Assembly (NCBI GenBank): GCA_964035545.1
Contig: OZ037772.1
Coordinates: 12,832,818 to 12,896,817 of the forward strand
DNA from: Bugula neritina
Lineage: Eukaryota; Animalia; Bryozoa
Direction of reading: 5' to 3'
Length of the DNA stretch: 64,000 nt
The notes under the pieces were generated by a model. That model was not told the origin of the DNA. It was given only the letters and a program-made list of their open reading frames with translations, and ran no database searches. A program made the translations under genes and the position numbers. Below, one piece after another: positions 63,088-64,000 of the stretch (position 1 is its first letter; the number at the start of each line of letters is the position of its first letter).

Positions 63088-63789
63088 ACTCTATACTCTA
63101 TACTCTATACTCTATACTCTATACTCTATACTCTATACTCTATACTCTATACTCTATACTCTATACTCTATACTCTATACTCTATACTCTATACTCTATA
63201 CTCTATACTCTATACTCTATACTCTATACTCTATACTCTATACTCTATACTCTATACTCTATACTCTATACTCTATACTCTATACTCTATACTCTATACT
63301 CTATACTCTATACTCTATACTCTATACTCTATACTCTATACTCTATACTCTATACTCTATACTCTATACTCTATACTCTATACTCTATACTCTATACTCT
63401 ATACTCTATACTCTATACTCTATACTCTATACTCTATACTCTATACTCTATACTCTATACTCTATACTCTATACTCTATACTCTATACTCTATACTCTAT
63501 ACTCTATACTCTATACTCTATACTCTATACTCTATACTCTATACTCTATACTCTATACTCTATACTCTATACTCTATACTCTATACTCTATACTCTATAC
63601 TCTATACTCTATACTCTATACTCTATACTCTATACTCTATACTCTATACTCTATACTCTATACTCTATACTCTATACTCTATACTCTATACTCTATACTC
63701 TATACTCTATACTCTATACTCTATACTCTATACTCTATAGTCTATACTCTATACTCTATACTCTATACTCTATACTCTATAGTCTATAG
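63088..63789 (+). repeat. (ACTCTAT)n heptanucleotide array, about 100 copies
   Basis: Nearly perfect 7-bp period; source of the YSILYTL pseudo-ORFs. Confidence 0.97.
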
Positions 63790-64000
63790 TATGTAAAATT
63801 CATATGGAAATGTCCACTAATGCTAATAGCCAACGTTTATCAGATAATGCAACAAATTATGATAATTTTTAAAACATATTTTGATCTTAGACACTGCAAT
63901 GTTGATAATTGTAGTCTCTAAGGGCTGGTATCAGCTGAGGAAGTGGGACGCAGTGATGGTGAGGTGTCAACATGTCACACAAGTTTTGACTCTTTTACGT

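Noticed and set aside
62944-63789. 281-aa and 219-aa ORFs of YSILYTL repeats
   Set aside because: Translation of a 7-bp microsatellite that happens to lack stops on this strand.

Overview
AT-rich, intron-rich invertebrate (animal) genomic DNA; most ORFs in the supplied track are artefacts of introns and tandem repeats. Manual splicing gives five genes. (1) A 9-coding-exon innexin (+, 6930-20238, 408 aa). (2) A multi-exon C2H2 zinc-finger/AT-hook protein (+, about 23101-29561). (3) A CIMIP2/FAM166-like ciliary microtubule inner protein (-, 31572-33773, 5' end uncertain). (4) A second 9-coding-exon innexin (+, 47077-55130, 384 aa). (5) A 64-aa single-pass membrane microprotein ending in a PDZ-binding motif (-, 56589-56783). 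The most notable features are four. (a) A 4.5-kb TIR transposon with a 9-bp target duplication (Mutator-like) carries a decayed, intron-containing USP/C19 deubiquitinase gene. (b) Innexin introns repeatedly carry minisatellites that amplify splice signals: 35 copies of an exon end plus donor, 14 copies of an acceptor plus exon start, and AG-free branch-point arrays. The last two introns also sit at shifted positions in the two paralogs. (c) A nested transposon stack (a pogo element and a foldback MITE inside a hAT element) splits a minisatellite. (d) A perfect inverted double RFX X-box lies upstream of innexin 1. All calls are by eye; no database searches were run.
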